From Hyphochytrium catenoides (taxonomy: Eukaryota > Protista > Hyphochytriomycota): 64,000 bases of DNA. Numbering within the stretch: position 1 is the first letter of the stretch; each line of letters begins with the position of its first letter. The position numbers were made by a program, and so were the translations under genes. The notes under the pieces are model-generated. The model was not told the origin of the DNA, ran no database searches, and saw only the letters and a list, made by a program, of their open reading frames with translations. Where the stretch lies: contig FLMG01000308.1 of the NCBI GenBank assembly GCA_900088475.1, positions 15,557 to 79,556 of the forward strand. Reading direction: 5' to 3'. Shown here in pieces: positions 46,672 to 58,438 of the stretch.

Positions 46672-49354
46672 ATGAACGAGTCAGAGCTCTGGGGCGCTAT
46701 TTCTCTAGTCATTTTTGCCATCTTCTTCGCGGGTCCGCTCGTGAAGCTTCTTTTGTGGACACTTGTGCGGCTGACTCCCCAAGACTGGAAGTACGTAACT
46801 CTCAACCTATCTGTTTGGCCATGTCCAGCTGGGCTCATTTATCACTCTTCCTCGTGCAGGTGGCCTCAGGAGCTGGTGGATGAGGTGGAATATCCCTTGA
46901 CGTGGATGGTCAGGATCGCCTTCCTCTGGGTAGGAGGAGAATGTTTCCTTGCGTTGTTAGCCTCGCTCAACCTCCTCTCCATCACTCTCTACTGCGAGTG
47001 CTATCCCATCCGTCCACCTCCGCTCCCTTTCCGTCTTGCTTCTGATCCCGTCCTCGTTCGTTTCTTAACAAAATTTCTCTCTTGTCTTGCCTTTCTCTTC
47101 CTCTGTCGCCCTCTCTCTGTCTCTCTCGTTGTCTCTCTCTCTCTCTCCCTCTCTCTTTCTCTGTCTGTCTTCCGCTGGCTTGCTAGATCAGGGTAAGTAT
47201 ACTGACCAAGAGTCTGTGCGTAGGGCGCTCTGGCTGTGATCCACCTGGACTTACACCCGCTCCCGGTCTGGGTCTTCGGAGTGCCTCTCATCGCCGTCAC
47301 CTTGAAACTGTTCAATGTTGTCGCCAATGTAAGACTCGCCCTGGCTTGAGAAGCACAGAGAAGCAGGAGGTGACAGATCCGTACAGAGCAGAAGGGAGAC
47401 CAGAACTGCATAGATGAAAGAGCAGAAGAGGAAGGTCAGAGGCTAAATGTGTTGCTACTCTTCAGGTCGTGGTGCGCCGTGGAATGAAGCATCGCTCCAG
47501 AGAGGACTTGGGAAGGAGAAGGCGACTGGTGGAAGCCACCAAGGTGAGATCAAGCGGATCGAGAGGACCTCTCCAATACCGTCGATCATCTGCGGCGGTG
47601 TACTTTTATCCTTATAGCCCTTCCGTGGTGCACGATGAGGCTCTACAATGCACTACTTCTCCCTTTGGGTCCTTCATTCCCTTTCCTGAGTCAGCATTAG
47701 CAGTCCATCTCTTACTCTCTAACGGGCCTAGGGCGGTCGCCCTGCATGGAAAGGAACATAACCATATAATCCTTTGTTCGTCTGCCTTGACGACGTTCGA
47801 TGTGCGATGGTGCCCCGCAGGGTGTGAGGAACCTCCTCGTCTTTCTCTTGGCATATGCCATCTATCCAGGCAACCTGTCGCTCTTCCCTCCCAACACCAT
47901 CCTCCTACCTCTTCTAGCCGTGGTGTTGGTCATTAGCTTGACGCTCACGACCCTGGTAGGCAGCTCCCACTTCTTCCCTGGCACCTTTCTCTTCCTCTCC
48001 TGCTTAGGTTCTTTTCTCATCCACCTAATGATGTTGGCCTCATTCTGAAGCCTTCTGCTTGCTCCCTTTACACTTCTTGGATAGGCAAATGATCTCTTGG
48101 CGTCAATCCTTATCTTCGGGGTTGACTTGAACGTCGGACCGCGCCTATCAGCAAAGCTTGGGGCAGAAGGCACGATGCTTTACCTGAATCGCGGGAGCGT
48201 CAAGCTTAGAAAGGCTGACGGGACAATTGACTACCTTCCAGCTGGTAGGTAGATTTCCTGTTATCGCTAGTTCCTTTCTTTATGCCCAGAGTTATATTTT
48301 CTCTCCTTTTCTCATGCTCTTTCTCGCCGTTGGCTCATCTTTATCCTTACATCCAATCGTCGCTTATGCGTACCACTTAATGGACTGATATGCCATCCCT
48401 TAGGCCAGCTCTTATTCACCCCGCTGCAAGCCTATCCGTACAGCTATCGCAACTCAGTCACGATCTCGTTGTCGCCAAGGTAGGCCAAGCATGGCGGTCC
48501 TTACTACTAAGCGATTAAAAGGGAGCTGACCTCTGTCTGCCAAAGGGTCAACGCCAGCGAGATAAGGCTCCTCCTACGGTGTCTTTCAGTCATTTTGCAG
48601 GACACGATAATACGAAGGGGGAGGCCCGTTAAGAGAGAGGACAAGATCTTGCCGTTGTTAGGCCATTCGACCTCCGCTGTAGCTTCTGACTTGGAACTTA
48701 CCCGCAAAAGCGTAAGCTGGATACTAAGTGCGCACCACTACCTCGTCCCCGAATCTCTCTCATTATGGTCTCTATGATTCACAATCCAGAGCTCAATGCG
48801 CCACTCTTCAGTGGATGCGATGCCTTCAGAGATGATGACACTAAAGGACGCCCCTCGACCTGATATGGCCGCCACCCTCCCATTGCTCTATGAGAATCGA
48901 AAGGTTTACTTCTTCCCTCGTTCAGTCTCCCTCTTCGGTCTTTTTCTTCTTTTGCGCTCAAGCCTACACCAACCCAACCGTTTGTCTTGATGTGTAACAG
49001 GATGCTCTATCATCAACATACGTATATTATGCGGGAGGCCACGATGTAAGACTCATATGGGATTCCTCCCATCCTGACGATCTGTCACATCTTCAGGAGG
49101 CGTCTAAGGTTAGATGATCCGTCCTTCTTTCTTCATTCTTTCGCGTCTGCGTAAAAACAGAGCCCAGTTGCCTTGCTGACTGCGAAAGAGGCAGGATCTT
49201 TGACCGCTTTGTGGTTCAGGTTGTACTCGAGACCCACAAGGTGTTGGAGCGCTTGAAGCTCCCACAGCGAGGCGCGCTGCAGGTGCACCGCACTCCCCTG
49301 GAATCGTTGTCTTCTTCTACCGCAGCCCTTCAACCCTCGGCCCCATCCCAATAG
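46672..49354 (+). CDS. MscS-like mechanosensitive channel-related membrane protein (divergent, multi-exon; ends uncertain)
   Basis: Several TM exons, then ..VISLTLTTL|ANDLLASILIFGVDLNVGPRLSAKLGAEGTMLYLNRGSVKLRKADGTIDYLPA (about 48085-48244), which follows the MscS TM3b/beta-domain pattern (N..AG..I..F..GD.I...EGTV..I..R.T.IRT.DG....IPN). Confidence 0.55.
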
Positions 49355-49584
49355 CCTGGCAGTTGATGTCCTCCCTTGGTTTATTCTCACTTGTGCTTTT
49401 TGCCTCTCCTTCCACTTTGTCTCTCTTTCCTTGCTCCTTTCCTCCTCTTTCTTCCTCTTTTTGCTATTATTTATTGCTGTACATATAGGCTAATCAGTCC
49501 TTGTGGTTCCTCAGAGGAGTCCACACCTCCTTCTCGCTTGTCGTGCTTTTGTTCTGTCCAAGACTGATGATATTTCCGGTCAAT

Positions 49585-50328
49585 TTAAAGAACAAATTGC
49601 TCGTACTCTTCGTAGTCTTGTCATTGGAGAGTGAGTAAGGCAGAGTGGATAGGTGAGAAAGGAAAAGAGAGAGGAGAGAAAGGAAAAGAGAGAATGTGAA
49701 GGGCAGGGAGCCAGTCAGTAGGGGGCTATAGAGAATGAGAGAGAGAGAGAGAGAGATACAGTCGACCTTTTTGACGTGAAAAGCTGTGCAGCGATGGACA
49801 AGGGAGAAGTAAAGGGTTAGTCCACTTACCAGAGTCGAGGAAATACTCCGTTTGCTGCACATGTCTCCGCTTCATGCGAGTGTAAATGAGACCCAGCACT
49901 ACCAGGAGGCAGAAGGCCATAATCAACATGATTCCGTTGGTCACGGTGATGCTCTCAAGGGCGATTGGGTTGTCATCTGGGCTTAATGCAGGGGAAAGGG
50001 GAGCATCATTCCAGTCTTGTCCAGTCTTTGGAAGTTCACGAAGCGCCAGCTGCTTTCCCTTGGTGCTCCTTATCGAATCCGTCATATCCGCCTCGCCCAC
50101 CGCGTCCGATGCCAGTTGCTCTGCGGGACAAGGCCGGTCCGATCTTTTCCCCAACTCATCGGCACCAGCCCGTTGTCCTGCCTTTTGACATCTGGTCCTG
50201 TCAGGCAACAATGTTGGGAGTGGAGTTTTTGGAGGAGGTTTGGTTATGCTTTTAGCTGCCGAGACAGAGAAACAGAGACAATAAGTGAGAACCAGAAGGA
50301 AAGAGGTTCCAAAGCAGGCGAGCTTCAT
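49585..50328 (-). CDS. Small type I membrane protein, 2 exons
   Basis: Signal peptide MKLACFGTSFLLVLTYCLCFSVSA, TM GIMLIMAFCLLVVLGLIYT followed by RMKRR, GT-AG intron about 49617-49829, last exon DYEEYEQFVL*. Confidence 0.7.
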
Positions 50329-50996
50329 CGCGCATACGTGCTCGCCCGAATAATAAAGAGGAATGTGAAGCTGGCAATAGAGCACAATGACTGCTCTGGA
50401 GATATGGCAAATGGATGCCACGGCTTAGGGCTGACGAAGCTCTCTCTCGCTGACGCTGAAGCACTTTCTTGGCCGATAAAAAAGCTCTGTCTCTCGCGAT
50501 GGACCGAACTTTTTAGAGCTTCATCGCCGCCATCTGACGATGGTGCCAAGAAATATTTAGAAGAGTCATGCATCCCTGTACATTTGGGCGTTAGCGAAGC
50601 GGCACCGACGAGACAGAGTGACCAACATTGCTCCAGATCAAAGAGAAATCTCCATTTGAAAGAATTCAGGAATCAACGAAAGCTTCGTCGAAGTATTGAA
50701 GCTTTCGGATGGTATTTACCAGCTTTCTACCACGTTAGATCTCTCATAAGAATCGGGATCTTCAAGCTGCAGAAAACGTCAGAATCGCTGATGAGAAGCA
50801 GAAGAGACAGGAAGAGAGAATGCCGATGCCTCGACCGGCAGCGCGCAGTCAAGATGCGCAGATAACGCGAGAGGAAGGTCTCCCTCCCTCTGCCGCAGCA
50901 GGATCCACACTGGACGCGAGAAGGATTTGCCAAGCGTTGAGTCCACTCAGTCACCCGTTAGGTTAGACACTGCGTTGAGTGCCTGATTTTGAGAGG

Positions 50997-53649
50997 ATGA
51001 AGTCTACTGCGACGGTTGGTGTGAGACTCGCTGGAGGTGCCACTCGGATCTCGTCTAGCGCCCGCCAGTACGTCCGCAATATGAGCGGTATCCCAGGATC
51101 CTTCAAGGCTGTAAGTTGCGCCTGCTTCCTGTGGGCTGTGAGTCTGAAGCTTGGCCTACTCTTCGCTTCGTTGACTCCTCTCTCTCATCATGACAGCTTC
51201 TGGTAGAGAAGGAAGACAAGAAGTCGCCCGCAAAGTCATCAGTAAGAGAGTTCTCGCCTTCGGACCTGCCCGACGGCGATGTGACAGTGCGAGTCAATTT
51301 TTCCTCGATTAACTATAAGGATGGACTGGCAGGTGATCTGGAGCCCATCTCTATCCCTGCAGAATTATTTTGCCTCTGTCTGTTGGCCTTGAGAGACTAA
51401 GGGTAGTGCCACTCGTCTCTCTTATCATCGCTAATAAACTTAGCCTTAGAGGTCCTCTTTTCTGCTCTGGCCTCGGTTTAACAATCTTGTGATGGGGTTC
51501 TCCCCTGCTCATTGACTTTGGCCCTACCCTTCTCTTCCTTTTAGTGCTGGGCAGGCCTGGAGTGGTCAAAAGCTATCCCATGGTACCAGGGATCGGTAGG
51601 TCCTATAGCTAAGCCGACAGCTGTCCTCTTTGGATTGGACTGCTGAACTCAGAGCTTCTGCTCTCCCTGTGTGGGGCATATTTGCCATCTTTCTCACAGA
51701 TTTCGCTGGGACCGTCATCGAGTCAAAGTCTTCCAAGTTTTCTGAAGGTGACAGTGTGGTGCTGACTGGATGGTAGGACGTCTCTCTCTCGCTTATTTTC
51801 TTCCTCGTACTTCGCCTCTCTCTTATGTCTCTGCTCTGATAACAAAGACATCGGGCGTATCAATTGACTGCTCTAATCACTGCTCTTCTCAACTACTCTC
51901 CAGGGGCGTTGGGGAGAAGCAGTGGGGCGGGTTCAGCGAGGTAGCACGTGTGTCCTCGAGCATGCTGGTGCATAAGCCGACGGATCTGACCGAAAAGCAG
52001 ACCATGGCCATTGGAACAGCAGGCGTGGGTTCAAGCTTTAACTTGTTTACTCCTCTAGAGCGCAGCTCCTCGCTCTATTCCGCTCGCGGTGCTCTCTTCT
52101 CTTCTCACCCGGTCTCGCTCTCTCTGTTCCCTCCGTCGCCTTTCTTTGTGAAAACCGCTTCCTTCAATGAGTAGCGTTTAGGCTTTCAGGGTTCTTCTAA
52201 AAGTAGACAACTTATCTTTTTGTTAGGTCACCGCGATGCTGTGCGTGATGGCCCTGGAGCAAGAAGGACTAACAAACCAAACCAAGCGTGAGGTGCTGGT
52301 CACTGGAGCTGGCGGGGGAGTGGGAAGCGTGGCTGTTGCTGTGCTGAGCCACTTGGGATACAATGTCGTGGCGGCGACTGGCAGGACAGAGCTGGAAGAG
52401 TACTTTAAGGTTCCGCCCTGGACGCGCACCGCAGCTTCAAATTTCTTCTTCATCTCACTCTCTCTCTGTACTTTGTCTGCCGTCCTTGTCTCTCCCTGTC
52501 TCTCCCTTAGCCTCTCGGTCTCTCTCTCTTTCTCTCTCTGTTCCTGCTGGTTAGAGCTCCACTCTCTGCTGTACCATAGCTTTGCCCTTCTCCAGATGTT
52601 TTGCTTCCTCAGGCTACTAATCCCATCCAGTTCTTTCAGTCTATGTTTGGCCTCCATCTCTCTACGTTTGTCTCTCCATCTCCTTTCCTCCGCTTCTGCC
52701 CTTGATCTTTAGCCTTCTCTCGTGATCTCCCATAACCTACCTCTGCTGTCTAGGGCTTGGGAGCTCAATCCATCCTGCCAAGGAGCGAGTTGGCAGAAAA
52801 GCCCAAGAAACCACTGGATAAGGAGCGGTGTGGATCCTCTCTCTCACTCTCTGTCTTTATCTTCTCCCTGCTCTCAATTCTCCTTCCGCATCCCTTCTCT
52901 TTCTGCGTCTCTTATATTCGCCAATCTCCCCAAGAATTCTTGTCTCACCTGTATCCTTTTCTCCCTTGCACACGCTCTTCCCAGGTGGGCGGCGGTCGTG
53001 GACACCGTCGGAGGAAACGTCCTGGCTCACGCTCTGACCCAGGTCAGCTAACCTCTTGTCTTACCTTGAAGTTTGGCTCCTTCTGAGCTCCTGCGGCTCT
53101 CTCTGCCCTATTGCTGACAGAACGTGATGGCATTCTAGGTACAATATGGAGGCACGGTGGCAGCCTGTGGCTTGGCAGGTAGGTAGACCTTTGCACAGGC
53201 AAGGAAGCGGATCACTGCCCATCAGTCCGAACATCCATATATTCTTTTCTCCTTTATTCTCTGGTTTAGATGACTTCTCACACCCTCTCTTCTCCACGCA
53301 TGCTTTCTTTCCTATGTGGGAATGACCAGGGGGCGCTGATCTACCCACGACTGTCCTGCCCTTCATCCTTCGTGGAGTAACGCTTCGAGGCATCGACAGC
53401 GTGTACTGCCCAACACCCATTAGGGAGGTGCGTCTGCGGTATAAGCTAATATGTAAGCAGCGGACTATTCTCATATTCTCTGTCTCTCTCTTTCAGGAAT
53501 GCTGGCGACGTCTGGCCAAGGATTTGCCACGAAAGACTCTGGATGACGACATCAGTTCAGTGATTGGACTAGCGGACATCCCTCAATACGCAGAGAAGAT
53601 CCTCGCCGGGCAAACGAGAGGAAGAGTCATTGTCGATGTGAATCTCTAA
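50997..53649 (+). CDS. acuI: YhdH/AcuI-family acryloyl-CoA reductase (NADPH, MDR superfamily), 11 exons
   Basis: Exons 50997-51110, 51197-51332, 51545-51595, 51700-51772, 51904-52024, 52227-52409, 52754-52827, 52985-53042, 53139-53178, 53330-53427 and 53497-53649 splice to [135 protein letters not shown]. Confidence 0.93.
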
Positions 53650-53853
53650 TCTCGCTCCCTGAAAAGCTGAGTAGGCTGCCACATATTGTAAATGGGGATG
53701 GGCAGTGCTTCAAAGTTTAAGATAGGTAATGCGTTAGCTCTACGCCACTCACGAGACTGATAGGGTTTAAAGATGTAAAGAAGCCTTTCTTGCTCTCCTG
53801 GAGCAACTATCGCCTAAATGAACTGGTATTGGACATGTCCTGGCCGTATAACG

Positions 53854-56800
53854 TTAGAGGAGTTGCCCCAAAAGGAGAGCACCACCAGCTAAGAGGAAGG
53901 AGATAAGTGGTGCCGTTTCTCTCTTTGTTGCATGGCTTTTCTTGCTGGTCTGGGTCTGGGTCTTCGCATTGGAGGCTTTGAAGTTCTCTGCAGAAGTAGA
54001 GCTCCCAGTACCCATGAGAATGTCTGTAGGCTGGTCTTTGCATGTCTTCTGCTCATCGCAGTACTTCCATGGCCCACAGGCGGGTGAGCAAGGAGCTACA
54101 GAAGAGAGACCGCGACGAGGGGAAGGAACGGAAAGGGAAGTTCAGGAACGTAGAATGGAGCGCGTTTAGAGCTAGAGAAGGAACTGAAGGAGAACAACTC
54201 TAAGGAAAGCAGGATACTATGGTATGAAGCATACAACTCACCATCAACATTGACAGACAAACTTTGAAAAAGCGAAAGCTGATGAAAAAAACTTTGTACA
54301 GAGAGAGCCAGCACAAAGAACCGAGTGCGAGATAAGCGCCCGCGCGCGAGAAAGAGAGAGAGACAGAGAGAGAGAGAGAAAGAGAGAGAAAGTAGTTCCC
54401 AAGGTCCTACCTTCCTCTGCCTCGACCCACATGGCGAGGTTACCGATGCCAAGATTGTTCTTGAACATCTCCAGCCTGAAGTTTCCGCCTTCTCCCCAGT
54501 CGGAGCCCCACGTGTTCTTGACAATCCAATAGGGGATCGGACCCGTCATGTCATAGCCAATAATCTAAAGAAAGAGAGGCCGAAAGACAGAGGTTAACGT
54601 CCTCAGCATAAACAGAGAAGGATCCCGCGAGAAAAAGAGAGAGACAGAAAAAAAGTGACAGAGGATAATCCACATGGGAAGATAGTAGCTGACTGTAAGA
54701 AGAGCTTTACCTGAATCGCATGGTTCACATTCTGTCCACAGGGTAGCGTCTTCCCGCTCATGATACCACCGCCGTAGCTCTTCAAATCCTCAGCCTTCAC
54801 TCTATGACGACAAGCCACAGCGTCAGCCTCGGTAGGTGGAGAGAGACAGAGAAAGAGAGAGGTCACTTACGCGCCGGCCAGAGGTCCCTTGGTGGCGAGT
54901 GCCACTGCCATGTTCTCCTCGTTTTTCACTTTGCACTGACAGCCGCAAGAGGTGGAAGCCATGTCCGTAGCAAACCCATAAGTAATGGGCACACCGCCTG
55001 ACAGGAAGAGGGAACCAAGGCCAAAGATAAGAGGACCAAGACGAACACTGCGTGCGAACACTCTAATCTCTCTCGCTCTCTCTCTATATATAAAATAGAA
55101 GCATATATGCTATTGCTTATCTGCCCCCTTCTCTCTTTGATCTCGGCCTAGCCCTGTTATGAGCCTTGTGAGGCACCTACCGACCCGCGCTGGTTTGCTG
55201 GCTGGGCACTGCGGAGCGTTAGAGGTGTAAGTGGTAGACTTGAGAGGCATATCCGCGTCCGCCGCGAGGCCCTTGCTCCGGGTAGCGAACTTGAAGCCAA
55301 AGTCATAGAAGCCTGGTCCAACAAGAAGTAAGGGCTCCGAAAGAGGGAAAAGGACGACGTGGACGCACCTCCCGTGGAGCAAACGGGCCGTGCGCCAGCG
55401 TAGTCCTGAGAGCCCAGACAGCTGAAAATCTCTTCTACAGACATGAGGTTCGCCTTATGGCCAGCAATAATCCATGCGGACTCAATCTCTTGCGCCGCCA
55501 CATGCGCCCAGCAGCTGTTACACTGGTACTGCGTACGCACTCTAGTCACAGCGCCCTGCTCTCGCCTAATGAACAGAAATGGCAGAGAAACGTCAGAGAT
55601 GAGGAGGAAGCGAAGTCAGTGCGGCAGGCCCTCTTCCTACCAGTCAAATTTCTTGGGAATGGTGGCGAAGGTGGCAGAACTCTGGGCGAAGCTGAGTCCT
55701 GCCTGATGCCCAGAGACTGGGGCCAGAGAGGGATCAAAGCCCGTGTGCGTGTGGATAAACTCATTGTCCGAGCAGGCTAGCGGGAGCAGGAGGAGATGGA
55801 GATGATTCGTGGAGGCCACAGAAAGATGGAAACAGTCAGTAGCTAGATGAGGAGAGCAATGGAAAGAGAAGCGTGGGACAGCAAGAGCAAGAAAAGAGAG
55901 AGAGCGAGAGAGAGAGAGAGAGAAGAAGAGACCCATAGAAAAGGAAATCCATGCTTCACCGGAGTACCTGCGTACTTGTTAGCCTGATAGATGGCGTTGT
56001 CCGAAGGGTTGCTATTGTGGCTCTCGATTTCTTGCAGAGTCTAAAGAGGACAAGCCGAGTCAGCTCTAGGACTGGGACTTCCTCTTTTTCCTACTCTCTC
56101 TCCTTGTGTCTCTCTTCTCTCTCGCGTATTCATCCACCCTCACCTTCTGCAAGTTATCTCGTGCTTCGTCCTCGGTGTGTTGCTGCAGGCACAATCGATT
56201 GGGCCCGAGGGCCTGAACGTACTCGTCCAGACTAAGAGCTGTACAGAGGAACTTTCCCAACTGATCCACCCCGTCAACATTCCGCTGATAACAGTCATCT
56301 GCATACAGATGGTGGAGAGGAGGAGCCAGCGACACATGGACAGAGTGAGCAGAGAGAATTCTCTAAGGAAGATGTGGAGAGCGACAGGGAGTGAGAGACA
56401 ATTGACAAAGATAAAGAAAGGACAAAGGGAACAAGAGGGACAACCTCTCAGGATCTCCGCGTCCTGGTAGCTGGCCCACACGCAACGGAAAGGTGTGCCA
56501 TCGTCCTTCAGCGGGCAAGTTCCGTTCACTGCTCCCCAGCAGGCCTGCGCAGGAGACAGAAAGCGGTCACTTGGCAGGGAAGTCAAGATGTAAGGAGAGG
56601 GAAGAGCGAGAGGCAAGCAGGACATGGATGGGAGAGATGGAAGAACAGCAACGAGTTACGAAGCTTGAGGAGCTGTGGCAAAAGACGGGAGAAAGAGATG
56701 AAGGGTCCACCTGATCGGCTGCGACAGGAGCGCAGCGGGGCTTAGATCCTAAGATTCGAACGCAGGTTTGGCCTGAGAGGGGTCGGAGAGAGAGAACGAG

Positions 56801-56972
56801 GGGAAGAAAAGAGGAAGAAGAGAGTTAGCCTTATTGTTTTCTACATTGTGCCCAGCTCGTGGGTCACAACGATGGGATAGAGGGAACCGCCACAAGCTTC
56901 GAACAATGGAGCAGGAGAGAGGAAAGTGAATCAAAAGGAAAGAGGGAGAACCACCGACCGGGAGAGGAAAAG

Positions 56973-57017
<45 letters not shown>

Positions 57018-57520
57018 CAGAAGAACGCGAGAAAAATACAGCGAACTGGACGAGTATAGGAGAGAGAGAGCAGAGCAATAGATGAAAAGGACTGAGAAAG
57101 GGAGATGCAGGGAGGGGAGAGAGAGAGAGTGAGCGAGAGATAGATAGAAAGAGATGCGAGTGGCGTCATACCAGTCCCACAGGCATCCGGCTTATTCATC
57201 TCACACAAGGGACTTCCAGGGCTTTTCGTCGGCTCCTGCGCCGCCTGATGTCTTGATCCTCGATGACTCTTCGGCCTGCTATGGAACTGTCGGCGCCTAT
57301 GATGGCGCCTGGGATGCCACTGTCTCTCTCTCTCCTCCGCATCTCCATCGTCAATGGCCTTTTCTTCTGCCTTAGCGTCACGCGGATCGGACCCCAGGCC
57401 AATGTACGCGCTCTTCTGCGCCCTCTGAGCCACCAGTTGCGCCGCATGAGGAGGCTGCTGAGCCGCGGCGCGGGCGGCAAGCAGGCTGAGGATTGCCAGA
57501 AGAGCGTGGACAAGTATCAT
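53854..57520 (-). CDS. Papain-family (C1A) cysteine protease with an extended Cys-rich prepro region and a C-terminal GPI-like signal, multi-exon
   Basis: Signal peptide MILVHALLAILSLLAARAAA; I29-like IESHN..YQANKYA..SDNEF; PKKFDW; VRTQYQCNSCWAH (catalytic Cys); NHAIQ (His); YWIVKNTWGSDWGEGG (Asn). Last exon 53854-54095 ends APLISFLLAGGALLLGQLL*. Confidence 0.9.
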
Positions 57521-58026
57521 GTCTCTTTAGGGCAGGGAACGATGGAAGGCGACAGAGGCTCTGGCTGCGCTCCGTCAGATCCCGGTCTGGCAGGAGAGAG
57601 AGACTCCTGTATCTTTCTTCTCCCTGCGCTTTCCTCGAGGCTCCTGCTCCTGTTAGTTCGAGTGTGAGCGTGCCTGCGGGCCGAGAGAGAGATTATCAAG
57701 CGTGGGTCAGGGCGTCAAGGCAGACGCAAGAGAGTTGAGACCTTGGCCTCTTTATCCTCCGGTGTTGAGGAGGTTGGAGAGAGAGACACACAGGCCGAAG
57801 GAAAAACAGTAAGGAGGAGAGACGAGAAAAAGAGCGAGAGAGAATAAGGGACAGAGAGAGACAGAGAGAAAGAGAAAATGGGAGAGAGAGGGGAGGAGTC
57901 GAAGAGAAGAAGGAGTGACTGAGAAAGGCAAAGAGGGAAGGGGAAAGAGAGAGAAAAGAGAGAGAGAGACTGATTGAGAGATAGAAAGGACTAAAGAGTG
58001 CGAGCGGGCGAGAGAGTGGAGGGGAC

Positions 58027-58046
58027 AGAGAGAGAGAGACACAGAG

Positions 58047-58077
<31 letters not shown>

Positions 58078-58111
58078 GGAGGGAGAGAGAGAGAGAGGGG
58101 GAGAGAGAGAG
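58027..58111. repeat. (GA)n microsatellite
   Basis: Near-perfect GA run at the end of a longer purine-rich tract starting near 57775. Confidence 0.9.
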
Positions 58112-58276
58112 ATAGATCCCAAAAGAAAGACGATCAAGGAAAGGTTACTCGGCCCGCCCACCCACTCTCTTGGCGTGACCTTTCGAGTCAGTCTGTCAGT
58201 CTATTCATAATAGATAATCTCCAGTCCCACCCATCGCCTGGTGTTAACGAGTGGTGCGGTCCTGAAGGGATGGCTT

Positions 58277-58279
<3 letters not shown>

Positions 58280-58318
<39 letters not shown>

Positions 58319-58350
58319 CTCGTTTTTTTCTTTCTCTCTCTCTCTCTCTT

Positions 58351-58404
<54 letters not shown>

Positions 58405-58438
58405 GCTCTCACTCTCCTGCTCCCTCCTCTCTCTCTCT
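58280..58438. repeat. (TC)n microsatellite
   Basis: Near-perfect TC run. Confidence 0.95.

Noticed and set aside
50017-50865. 282-aa plus-strand ORF
   Set aside because: Non-ATG start, overlaps the minus-strand membrane protein gene and has no recognisable domain.
52022-52030. Possible GC-AG intron in acuI (GCAG/GCGTGG)
   Set aside because: A canonical GT donor at 52025 gives the expected IGTAG-VTAM frame.
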